Virus record (IMG/VR): IMGVR_UViG_3300020576_006124
Location: 1 to 64,000 of that record
Strand: one strand, 5' to 3'
DNA length: 64,000 nucleotides
DNA from: a virus
Taxonomy: Duplodnaviria; Caudoviricetes
Below are positions 21,388 to 30,037 of this stretch, piece after piece. Below the pieces are notes generated by a model. The model searched no databases. It worked only from the letters and a program-made list of their open reading frames with translations, and had not been told where the DNA came from. The position numbers and the translations under genes were made by a program. Positions within the stretch are counted from its first letter, which is position 1; each line of letters starts with the position of its first letter.

Positions 21388-21786
21388 TTGAGAAAAGTGG
21401 AAAATAGCTTTATATTCGTCTTTGGGTCTAATTTAAGAGGAATTCATGGTGCTGGTGCTGCTAAGTTGGCTAATCAGAAGTATGGCGCTGTATTAGGAAT
21501 CGGGAAAGGTCCTACAGGTAGATCTTATGCTCTTCCAACCAAATCTACCCCTTACTCTTCTCTTAAGCCAATTGAAATTAGAAGGCACGTAAACGATTTT
21601 CTAGTCTACGCTCGGGCTAATCCGAAAGAGACTTTCGTAGTAACGAGAGTGGGCTGTGGTTTAGCAGGATTCCCAGATAGACTAATAGCCCCCTTTTTCA
21701 TAGATGCTCCATCGAATTGTATCTTTGATATTAAATGGAAATTCTTTTTAGGGGAAGATAGAAAGTACTTTGAGGAGTCAGTATGA
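21388..21786 (+). CDS. macrodomain-like (A1pp-type) protein
   Basis: IFVFGSNLRGIHGAGAA..A...YGA..G.G.G..GRSYALPTK and F.VTRVGCGLAG. Confidence 0.75.
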   Translation: MRKVENSFIFVFGSNLRGIHGAGAAKLANQKYGAVLGIGKGPTGRSYALPTKSTPYSSLKPIEIRRHVNDFLVYARANPKETFVVTRVGCGLAGFPDRLIAPFFIDAPSNCIFDIKWKFFLGEDRKYFEESV

Positions 21787-22307
21787 ATTCAAGTGAACAT
21801 GTAATTACCACTGTATCTGGTAAAAAGATAGATATCCTAAAACCAGATCCTAAAGATATTTCAATAGGAGATATTAGCCACGCTCTTTCAAGAATTAATA
21901 GATATAATTCTCAAATAAAGGGCTTCTGGTCTGTAGCCCAACATTCATTGCTTTTAGCAAGCAAGAATTCAGATCCTGATGTTGCCCTAATAGCTCTTCT
22001 ACATGACGCCTCAGAGGCTTTTCTTGGAGATGTAATCTCTCCCCTGAAAACCTTGCTTCCCGCTTATAAAGGAATCGAGAGCGAATTTTCCAGAGTAATC
22101 TATCAAAAATACATCCCTAATGTTAAATTAAAAAATCTTGGGATAGTACATGAACAAGATATTAACCTACGTAAAGATGAAATTAGATGGTTTAGAGAGG
22201 GAGCTAAAATGAGTGCTAAGTCTTATCCTTTTTACCTTTATAACTCCTCACCAGAAACTATTGAGTTAGAATTTTTGAAGACTTTCTGTAGCCTAAAAGG
22301 AATCTAA
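21783..22307 (+). CDS. YfbR-like HD-domain 5'-deoxynucleotidase
   Basis: DI.HALS.INRY, SVAQHS, ALLHDASEAFLGDV.SPLK. Confidence 0.88.
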   Translation: MNSSEHVITTVSGKKIDILKPDPKDISIGDISHALSRINRYNSQIKGFWSVAQHSLLLASKNSDPDVALIALLHDASEAFLGDVISPLKTLLPAYKGIESEFSRVIYQKYIPNVKLKNLGIVHEQDINLRKDEIRWFREGAKMSAKSYPFYLYNSSPETIELEFLKTFCSLKGI

Positions 22308-22315
22308 AAAACCCT

Positions 22316-22615
22316 ATGAAAGAAAAAGAGAACTTAGATATAGACTTAATTATAGAGCTTACAAATAACAAGAGTATAATTTGGGGGTATAATTTTTTAA
22401 CTGGAAAATATAACTGTTGCTTAGAGGGATTAAAAATCTCTATCTATAGGTATTTAGGGTACGCCGAATTTTCTATAGATAGTGTTCCGATTTACCCCAG
22501 TTATCAATTTGATTCTTTATTATCTGCAGTTGAGAATCAGGTCTTAAAAAAACAAGAATTAATCCATCGTATAAATAGGTTTTTATCTACGCTTAGAAAG
22601 AGAGAACAAAAATGA
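22316..22615 (+). CDS. hypothetical protein
   Basis: 99-aa ORF. Confidence 0.5.
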   Translation: MKEKENLDIDLIIELTNNKSIIWGYNFLTGKYNCCLEGLKISIYRYLGYAEFSIDSVPIYPSYQFDSLLSAVENQVLKKQELIHRINRFLSTLRKREQK

Positions 22616-22791
22616 ACGACACAATCAAATTCTGTGGATGCACAGCAGACAAGTTTGGAAATACTTCTGGAGCAAAATTCCAAGACCAACAGTATGGAAG
22701 AGGGAATAGAGTACATACTCTATTAGGGGATAAAAGCCTAGGCTCATGCTCAGTTTGTGGCAAAAGCCCTACAAATAAGGTGAAAAAGTAA
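22612..22791 (+). CDS. small Zn-binding phage protein (59 aa, absent from the ORF track)
   Basis: Hand translation MNDTIKFCGC...QDQQYGRGNRVH...CSVCGK...; ATGA-coupled to the upstream gene. Confidence 0.7.
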   Translation: MNDTIKFCGCTADKFGNTSGAKFQDQQYGRGNRVHTLLGDKSLGSCSVCGKSPTNKVKK

Positions 22792-22802
22792 TTTTTTAGT
22801 TT

Positions 22803-23033
22803 TGGGTTCTCCTGGTAAGGAACCCATCTCCTAACGAGCGCGAGGCAAGAAAGGGGTGCCTTTGGAAGTATCTCAGTCTTCCTTTGGGTCTCTGTAGACC
22901 AAGATCTAACGAATGGGATCTTGCACCCCCAACTAAATTCTTCTCGTTAGACACATACGGGCTTTGTCGTTTAGCATCATTCTAAGACTTTACCTCTAGG
23001 GGTAAAACGGAGGAGAATACCCTCCCTGGCCCA
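22803..23033 (+). ncRNA. structured RNA with two tandem four-way junctions
   Basis: CTAACGAG/CTCGTTAG stalk; GGGGTGC/GCACCCC closes three hairpins; GGGC/GCCC closes three more. Confidence 0.6.
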
Positions 23034-23231
23034 TCAAAACTTAATGAAAACTCAAAAATGCCCCTACTGTGAAAGATTAGTAGAAAAAAATAGGCAGTGA
23101 GACAAATCCATTAAAACTGCCCATAAAAGTAGAATCTACTCCTGAAAATCCAGGGGGAGAAATAATACCGATTAGATTCACTAAGAATTTACCTTGTGGA
23201 TGTGTTAATATAGGTAAGATTTAAACAGAAT

Positions 23232-23965
23232 AAACCCTTTGTTTGAAGGTTTTGGGAGGTCTAGCTTCCAAGGTAACTTGTTGCCTAAAGATCATCTGTG
23301 GAGACACAGAAAAAGGTATCTTTTCTCTAAAGGTATCGCTTCAGATTGAAGACACCTAGACAAGCCTAAGCTGAAACTTTACGTAAAAGTGAAGATAACT
23401 CAGTAGCCGCACCCTCACAGGGACAAACCGGAAGAGTGGGGGTGTAGGTGATGGAGAAGCATTGAAGGGTAGGACAAGGTTCGAGGCGTAGTAAACCTAG
23501 AGCTTTGATCCAGGTAAAAGGTGAAAACTTGCAAAAACAGGTTGGAGTCTTGAATCCAGTCACTTGTAACTAACGAGTGTAACAGGTAGTAGCGTATTTC
23601 TCTGGACAAAATTCAGGGGATCGGTAAGCCAAGCACTACCTGAGAGAGAAAAATCCAAGAAAATAGAACCTTGAAAGTTCGAAAAAAGCAAAAGACTTGG
23701 CCTACTCCAAAGAAAACTGCCTTTACTCTTTGAAAAAATAAGAGATCAGATCCTCGCAAGGGATTTTGAAAGGTTGAAATAATCCTTGATGGGTAACTAG
23801 AACCTATTGTGGAATAAAAACAGCCTAGCATTTGGAGATAGAAAGATTCAGCTAGTTTTAAAACTAGCGGCAGTTACCTGCATCCTACCTAGAAATAGAG
23901 AGGGGACAAGACCAAGAACAAATAATTTGGTTGAAAGTCAGGATAAGACCTTAGTCTAGGGGTTT
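23232..23965 (+). ncRNA. large structured ncRNA (GOLLD-like)
   Basis: No plus-strand ORF; 5' and 3' ends pair; long-range helices CAGGTAGT/ACTACCTG, GCCAAG/CTTGGC, AACTGCC/GGCAGTT; GNRA-capped hairpins. Confidence 0.7.
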
Positions 23966-24014
23966 TAAAAGAGAGAAATTCTCTCAAAGATTAATTTGGA
24001 GCCTATGTGAGAAA

Positions 24015-24347
24015 ATGTATAAGCTGGAAAATGACAATTTAAGGTTATGTTACCATTACAGCTTCTCTAATTCAGATCTACTTATAGACCACATTTTTAT
24101 TTCTCATCAGAACGAAAGCATTTTCGAACGGGATGTCTATTTCTTTAAATCTTCCTTTTCATATTCTGGGCCTAAAATCATTTCATCATGCCTCCCCGAG
24201 CTGAACATACTTGAAAATACTCTCTTTATAAAAGGGGATAGGCCCGAAAAAGACAATTTAAATCTTTTACCTATGGGACTTACTATTGACCTTACTACTA
24301 TGTCAAGCTTCAGACTTTCTATTCTAGAAGCTTTAAGGCAATGTTAG
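24015..24347 (+). CDS. MYxL paralogue family member 1
   Basis: MYKLEND...HQ...S..LPE...LFIKG...ILEALR. Confidence 0.7.
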   Translation: MYKLENDNLRLCYHYSFSNSDLLIDHIFISHQNESIFERDVYFFKSSFSYSGPKIISSCLPELNILENTLFIKGDRPEKDNLNLLPMGLTIDLTTMSSFRLSILEALRQC

Positions 24348-24348
24348 A

Positions 24349-24660
24349 ATGTACCGGTTAGCTAGGGATCCTTTAGTCTTATCTTACGACTATAAAAATC
24401 ATCACTGTTTTATACAACATCAGGATGATAGAGTCTTTATAAGGGGGAACTTTAGATTTAAAAGAGCTTCTAACGGTATTTTGTACTCTTTATCTTCGTG
24501 CGCCTACCCCACCTTTCTCCCGAATGAAAGAGTACTTTTTATAAGAGGAACAATGAGAAGTAGGGATTCTAAATATATCATCCTTCCTTCTTCTGAAGTT
24601 TTACACAATGTAAAAATTACAGTACTAGAGTGTTTAAGAGGTTTAAGATGTATCAATTAA
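24349..24660 (+). CDS. MYxL paralogue family member 2
   Basis: MYRLARDP...HQ...S..YP...LFIRG...TVLECLR. Confidence 0.7.
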   Translation: MYRLARDPLVLSYDYKNHHCFIQHQDDRVFIRGNFRFKRASNGILYSLSSCAYPTFLPNERVLFIRGTMRSRDSKYIILPSSEVLHNVKITVLECLRGLRCIN

Positions 24661-24998
24661 TTTCTGATCCACTTGAGTTATCTTATACTTGGGAGTTCTT
24701 AAAAGAAGGTATTGCCACTAAGAGAATAGTAATCACAAGACAGAACTCAAAAAAGTTCGTAAGAGGTAGTGGTGTCTTTCTGAAGAAAGATATATTATTT
24801 AAAGGTAGCTTTGCTGTAGTGTCCTTTGATTACCCAGAAATAGAGAGTGTTGATGGAATACTTTATCTAAGGGGTGCGAATTCTACTTTAGATCTTAAAA
24901 ATGCCCTTTGCCCTGGTTACTCTGAATCTTTCTTTTTTGAAGATTTAATACTTCTTAAAAGAACGGTACTGGGGCTGGTGAGGATTGAGAATGTATAA
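24648..24998 (+). CDS. MYxL paralogue family member 3 (start moved to MYQL)
   Basis: MYQLISDP...RQ...S..YPE...LYLRG...TVLGLVR. Confidence 0.7.
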   Translation: MYQLISDPLELSYTWEFLKEGIATKRIVITRQNSKKFVRGSGVFLKKDILFKGSFAVVSFDYPEIESVDGILYLRGANSTLDLKNALCPGYSESFFFEDLILLKRTVLGLVRIENV

Positions 24999-25341
24999 TT
25001 TAACGAAAGATCCATTGCTTCTTACATATAGTTATATGTTCGATTTTAATGAAAATTTAATGCTAGATAGAATAACTATTATCAATCAAGAACTCCCCCC
25101 ATATAATAATAAGTTTTCTTTTTATTGGAGAGGATATCATCTTATATCTAAAGAGCACCCAGCTATTTATATAGAAATGAAGATTTTATACCTTAGAGGA
25201 GAAGATGTATTAGAAAACTACGCAAATATTCTTAATTGGATCTACTACAACCCTTTAAACAAAAGAATTGTCTCTTTAATCCACATAAATCCTTTTAAGG
25301 AGACTATTTTAGAGTTTTTAAGGGATCTTTCTAAGAAGTAG
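24991..25341 (+). CDS. MYxL paralogue family member 4 (start moved to MYNL)
   Basis: MYNLTKDP...NQ...S..HP...LYLRG...TILEFLR. Confidence 0.7.
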   Translation: MYNLTKDPLLLTYSYMFDFNENLMLDRITIINQELPPYNNKFSFYWRGYHLISKEHPAIYIEMKILYLRGEDVLENYANILNWIYYNPLNKRIVSLIHINPFKETILEFLRDLSKK

Positions 25342-25343
25342 TC

Positions 25344-25712
25344 ATGTACGAATTAATCAAAGATCCAGTAATTCTATCCTACAAATTGGATTTTAATTCT
25401 CTACTTTGTAGGGAAATCAATGTAGCCCATCAAGACACTTCGTTAATTACAAGAGATAATTTTTATTTTATCGGGTTATTAGAAGTAGAAAATAGATTAC
25501 GTTCTTATTTAGTTTTGACTCAAAAGTACCCTGAAATCTCCACTTATTTTAAGTCTCACTCCCATACTCGTACCCTAATAGTAGTGCATTTGAGGGGGAG
25601 TATTTTAGATAAAGACTTTACCCCTTTGAACAAGGAACCTTTTAACTTTTATGAAACATCCTTAATTAAGCAAGCTATTCTTTTACTTTTGAGGCAACCG
25701 CTAGATGTATAA
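25344..25712 (+). CDS. MYxL paralogue family member 5
   Basis: MYELIKDP...HQ...YPE...HLRG...AILLLLR. Confidence 0.7.
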   Translation: MYELIKDPVILSYKLDFNSLLCREINVAHQDTSLITRDNFYFIGLLEVENRLRSYLVLTQKYPEISTYFKSHSHTRTLIVVHLRGSILDKDFTPLNKEPFNFYETSLIKQAILLLLRQPLDV

Positions 25713-26106
25713 ACTAAATCTTGATCCTATTGTAACCTTCTTTCTGAACAATGGGGTTTTACGTACTATAAAGGGACCCCTTTTTCCTAAAGTTATTCCT
25801 AATGATCAAATGAAATTAATAGGTAGATCTGACGAAGAATATATTTCTCTACACTTTTACTCTATAAGCGATATTTGTATACATTTCAATTTAGGTTGGG
25901 AGATGGCCTGTAGTCAAGCAGCGGGGAATATTGAAGAAGCGTCAGACTTTGGGGAGTATTTACTTAAAGGTTTAATGTGGTACTCAATAGCTTTAAACAG
26001 AGCCGTACTCGTCCCAGAATCATTAAGTATTTCAGGTATTAGACCATTAGAAGACTTTGTTTGGTTTAAAAATAGTACTTTTGGGGGTGATGTTTGTACA
26101 GTCTAA
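25705..26106 (+). CDS. protein with MYKL..DP N-terminus but an unrelated body
   Basis: MYKLNLDP start; lacks the YP/RG core of its neighbours. Confidence 0.6.
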   Translation: MYKLNLDPIVTFFLNNGVLRTIKGPLFPKVIPNDQMKLIGRSDEEYISLHFYSISDICIHFNLGWEMACSQAAGNIEEASDFGEYLLKGLMWYSIALNRAVLVPESLSISGIRPLEDFVWFKNSTFGGDVCTV

Positions 26107-26453
26107 TTAGGGATGATTTAGAATTTACATATCATTACAAGTTTCAAAAAGAAATTCTCTTAGGAGCTCAAAAGATTAGAATTACCTTTCAGGTTGAAGA
26201 TCTAAGAAATTGTAAAGAAGAAAAAGCAAGATTTCTTTATACCGATAAAAACACTAAGTTAAGTATTATATCTGACTGTTATCCAGAGTTCAGAGATCCT
26301 AGTATTTATATTAGGGGCAGAGACTTGGAGTTGGATCACTCTCTTATTGTATTGGATAGACCTTATACCACTATCTCTACCAAAATAAAATCTACCAAAA
26401 TAAAAAAAACAATCTTAGGGTTTCTAAGGGAAAGAGAATTAAAAAAATGTTAG
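26094..26453 (+). CDS. MYxL paralogue family member 6
   Basis: TTG start; MYSLIRDD...FQ...S..YPE...IYIRG...TILGFLR. Confidence 0.7.
   Translation: MYSLIRDDLEFTYHYKFQKEILLGAQKIRITFQVEDLRNCKEEKARFLYTDKNTKLSIISDCYPEFRDPSIYIRGRDLELDHSLIVLDRPYTTISTKIKSTKIKKTILGFLRERELKKC
26376..26405 (+). repeat. in-frame 15-bp tandem duplication
   Basis: TCTACCAAAATAAAA twice (STKIK-STKIK). Confidence 0.85.
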
Positions 26454-27451
26454 AGGCTAAAATAATAAAAGATTCTTATTCAATAGTAAATGGCTGTAAT
26501 TGTAGAATTACGACTGCAGTCGTAATTCTACCAAGGACTTTACTGGCTCAATTTAATAAACATAGAGAGTTCTCTAGCAACACTACCTCTTCTAGGGCAA
26601 AACCTACTAAAGGACTTATAGAGACAGTTAAAAACAATCCATACTTTCCAAAGTTTCAAAAGAATAAGGCAGGTATGCAGTCCTCAGAAGACTACACTGA
26701 AGTGGAGTACAATGAGGTTAAAAGGGCTTTTGAACAGCTGAAAGAAACAACAGTTTATAAAGTAGAGGAGATCTACGACAAATATAAACCCCATAAGCAA
26801 GAAATAAACAGGCTATTGGAGCCCTATCTAACCTGCGAAATTCTTCTAACCTCCACAAGTTTTTCTAATTTTTTTGGGCTGAGAACCCATAAGGATACTC
26901 AAGATGGATTTAGTCAGGTTGCTAAACTACTAGTAGAAGCTTACGAAAATTCTACTCCTAAATTACTGGAATCATATGAATGGCACTTGCCTATGATATT
27001 AGAAGAAGAGATACCTTCCCTTTATGATATTAAATATAGTGATGTGCTATTAAGATTAAAATCATTTGATCTTGAAAAAGGAACTAATTTAATGGAGTCT
27101 TATACTAGGGAAAGATTTGAAGAGTTTCTTCTGCAGGATATTTCTGCAGGAAGATGTACAACAATTAGTTATACTTCTCTTTTAACAGGTAAATTTGATC
27201 CCATAGACGATATTAGGAGATCAGTGGGACTTTCTTACAGTACACCTATTCATGCAAGTCCTTTCGAACATATGGCAAGGCCAGCTAGGCTTGATGAAAT
27301 GAAATATACCTTAGACCAACTAGCAATACAAAGCGGAAAGATACTACCTCTTTTAGGACAAGTGGGCTTTGTTGGAAACTTAAAAGGGTTTACCCAATAC
27401 AGAAAACTTATGAAAAATGAGTACATCTATGAGTTCCAAAAAACCTACTAG
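26447..27451 (+). CDS. thyX: flavin-dependent thymidylate synthase
   Basis: PR..LAQFNKHREFSSNTTSSRAKP, HKQ..NRLLEPY, NFFGLR, SAGRC..SY, HASPFEH. Confidence 0.88.
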   Translation: MLEAKIIKDSYSIVNGCNCRITTAVVILPRTLLAQFNKHREFSSNTTSSRAKPTKGLIETVKNNPYFPKFQKNKAGMQSSEDYTEVEYNEVKRAFEQLKETTVYKVEEIYDKYKPHKQEINRLLEPYLTCEILLTSTSFSNFFGLRTHKDTQDGFSQVAKLLVEAYENSTPKLLESYEWHLPMILEEEIPSLYDIKYSDVLLRLKSFDLEKGTNLMESYTRERFEEFLLQDISAGRCTTISYTSLLTGKFDPIDDIRRSVGLSYSTPIHASPFEHMARPARLDEMKYTLDQLAIQSGKILPLLGQVGFVGNLKGFTQYRKLMKNEYIYEFQKTY

Positions 27452-28889
27452 TCCAAAATTTTTAGCTTCTACATTATCTTTATCCGCTAACAGGATGAAC
27501 AAAGAAGAGTTAACTGAGGGTTTAACCTTTTGTAAAAGAATCATAGACTCTCTTTCTTCTTGTGTAAAAAAAAGATCTTATTATGAAGAATGGAGGGGAA
27601 GAGAGATGCTAATACTCTCCTATATCTTTTTTATAAGACATGAGCTTAAAGGTAGATTTAATATTACTGATTCAATAACAACTTACGTAATTAATGAAGA
27701 TAATCTTTTAGACGATATAGACTAAAAATTAAATAGCATTATTCCATTTTTTTAGGGAAATTTCTACCATGGCAACCACAAAAAAAACAGCTTTAACCTC
27801 TACTCCTGTTAAGAAAACTGTCTCTCGACAAAAGAAAACTGCAAGTTCAGCAAAGACAGTAACAGAAGGATCTACACCAACTACTACCCCTGTGGATATA
27901 TCTCAGAGGATGCTAAATGGTCTTAATAATCAAATTAGACTTATTTTCTCTAATGAAGACCCAGTAGAGCACCAGAAAACTATTCAAGGTTTTCTAACCC
28001 TACAGCAAACTTGTAAAACTCTTGGGGATAAGTTCTTTACATCTAACCAGTTAACACTGATTGAGAAAACCCTCAAAAAGATCCAAGAGCATTTTGAGGC
28101 TAATCCTTTAGTTGAAAATAAAGATAATTACTATCAAAAGATAGATAGTAGTTTCTTTTTTAAAGACTTAGACTCCCTAAGTCTAGCAGAAGCTTACTTT
28201 TTTGAGACAAATGTAAAGGTTACTCCACAGCAAATGTCAGATTATCTAAATGTCTCATTAGCCATGAGCCACATGGCTCCTGAGGATAAGTATGAAGAAG
28301 TTCCTTGGGATAAGATCATTCTTTCAAAAGACGGGTCTCTTAGTCTACCAGCAGAATGTATCTCTCTCGTGGATGTTCAGGGGGACCTTAGCCTAAATCA
28401 GGCAATGTACCATATGGCAAATAAATGTCCTCATACTAGCAAGAACTATGTTCTTAAGTGGCTGAGGAACGCTGTAGCTATTTATTCATTTGTTGAGAAT
28501 GCCTACGCAGGCACCTCTAATAAGAGCAGTGAATTCTTTATTACCGAAGAGGAATGGAAAAAGTCGTAATGAAACAAGAGAGAATCAGGGTTGCTGATAG
28601 GGAATACCTCATTTACTTTGGGTATAATCCCGAGACAAGAACAACTACATGCTCAGTACATGCTGGGGCATTTAATTCTACCTCGGAGCAGAAACAACTG
28701 GTAGCCATAGGAAGGGTCAGTCGGCATCAAAATGACTCTGACAATCGCCCCAGGGCCAGGTTACTGGCAATGTCTCGGGCGGCTTCTGAGCTTTTCCCAG
28801 AGGACAGAAAGTCTAGAGCAGATTTCTTTAATAGAGCAGTTGAAAACTTGAGACTTAGAATTCCAAAGAAATCTTACTCTAACATTTAG
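27417..28889 (+). other. three hypothetical genes (27417, 27769, 28554)
   Basis: ORF track; 27769 has a K/T-rich N-terminal tail. Confidence 0.55.
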
Positions 28890-29158
28890 GATTCCTTATA
28901 TCCTAAATGGGTATAAATCTGGGCTATGCTATCAGCCATAAGTACCCAGATCTGACCCTCTCTATCCTGGAATAGGATATTGGTGTCTTCTATAAGGCCC
29001 ATATCCCCAAGGTGCATAGAGAATTCGGAACCATCTTCCATTCTGACTTGAACTTCCCCATGGGCTTCAAGCCTAGATGAGAACATCCGAATTTTAACAT
29101 TGGCGGTGTCCTTTACACCCGCCACTTGGCTCTTGAGAGATTGCAATTGCATACACAA
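28886..29158 (-). CDS. small antisense protein, possibly Sm-like fold
   Basis: Helix followed by a beta-strand pattern (VQVRMEDG.EF.MH...ILF.D..G.IWVL..DSI..I). Confidence 0.45.
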   Translation of the reverse strand: MCMQLQSLKSQVAGVKDTANVKIRMFSSRLEAHGEVQVRMEDGSEFSMHLGDMGLIEDTNILFQDREGQIWVLMADSIAQIYTHLGYKES

Positions 29159-29186
29159 TAATAGAGCCTAAATAGAAAAAAAAATC

Positions 29187-29543
29187 ATGAAGAAACTCAT
29201 CCCTCTTATCATCCTTGTTAGCTCGTTGGCTACTTTTGCCTTTGCTAACGAACTGACCCTGAAGCCCTTAGCTCTTCGAGATTTCTCCAATGGAGAATGG
29301 AGAGTCGGATTTGCTGGGGATCTCTCAAGTACACCTAAGAGATTTATGCCGCAATTCTTTGTTGCCTCAAATCCAACCAACTGGGAAAAGCCTTTTGCTG
29401 GACTTGCGTTGTCTACTAAGATTTATAATCGAGGTTGGGCCAATGTAAGTGCTGTAGTAGGTTACTCTGTCAATATTTCCAATCTCAAAAGCCTAAGTGA
29501 AGGTCGATGGGGCTATGGAGCAGAGTTTACCTTTAAGTTTTAA
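29187..29543 (+). CDS. exported beta-rich protein, putative outer-membrane protein
   Basis: Signal peptide ending AFA; alternating beta pattern; C-terminal WGYGAEFTFKF. Confidence 0.6.
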   Translation: MKKLIPLIILVSSLATFAFANELTLKPLALRDFSNGEWRVGFAGDLSSTPKRFMPQFFVASNPTNWEKPFAGLALSTKIYNRGWANVSAVVGYSVNISNLKSLSEGRWGYGAEFTFKF

Positions 29544-29560
29544 GGGTAATTTTTCTTGAT

Positions 29561-30037
29561 ATGAAGTGCCAGAAGTTTAACTTTATCGAAGCCCTACCTG
29601 CACAGAGAGGGACTAGAGGAGTAAAAAGTCTGGCACTTCTCTACAAAGAAAGTGATAGTAAAGCAGTTAATAATTACTATCTAAATCTCTGTAAGAGACT
29701 ACGGAAGCTTAACAACAAGGCTAAGGCATTATCTAGTAAGAATATAAAAAAGGTAAAAACTCTTAGCCTATTCTCTAATAATTTTTTCTTATATGATGAT
29801 ATTTATAAGAAATATTTCTTTATCTCACCCTTTCCTATATTAACTTTAAAGAATTTGGAGTTTGATGAGCCCCCCTTATATACTAAGGTTCTTCAGAAGA
29901 GTGATTTTCCCGAAAGCTTTCTTGAAAAGTATTATAAGTATAAAGAGCTTTGTTATGAATTAAGGAAAGTTATCAGTGAGGTTTCTTCAAATGAAAAGTA
30001 CCATACTTCAATTAGGTTTGGTAAGGATAGCACCTAA
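29561..30037 (+). CDS. hypothetical protein
   Basis: 158-aa ORF. Confidence 0.5.
   Translation: MKCQKFNFIEALPAQRGTRGVKSLALLYKESDSKAVNNYYLNLCKRLRKLNNKAKALSSKNIKKVKTLSLFSNNFFLYDDIYKKYFFISPFPILTLKNLEFDEPPLYTKVLQKSDFPESFLEKYYKYKELCYELRKVISEVSSNEKYHTSIRFGKDST

Noticed and set aside
22853-23033. tmRNA or tRNA-Ala substrate for the mini AlaRS
   Set aside because: The GGGG-starting stem has G3:C rather than G3:U, and there is no T-loop, CCA or tag ORF.
23366-23831. Three short minus-strand ORFs
   Set aside because: They are overlapping shadow ORFs over a region better explained by plus-strand RNA structure.
23232-23965. Group I/II intron
   Set aside because: No interrupted host gene, and no recognisable group II domain V/GUGCG start or group I P7 core by eye.
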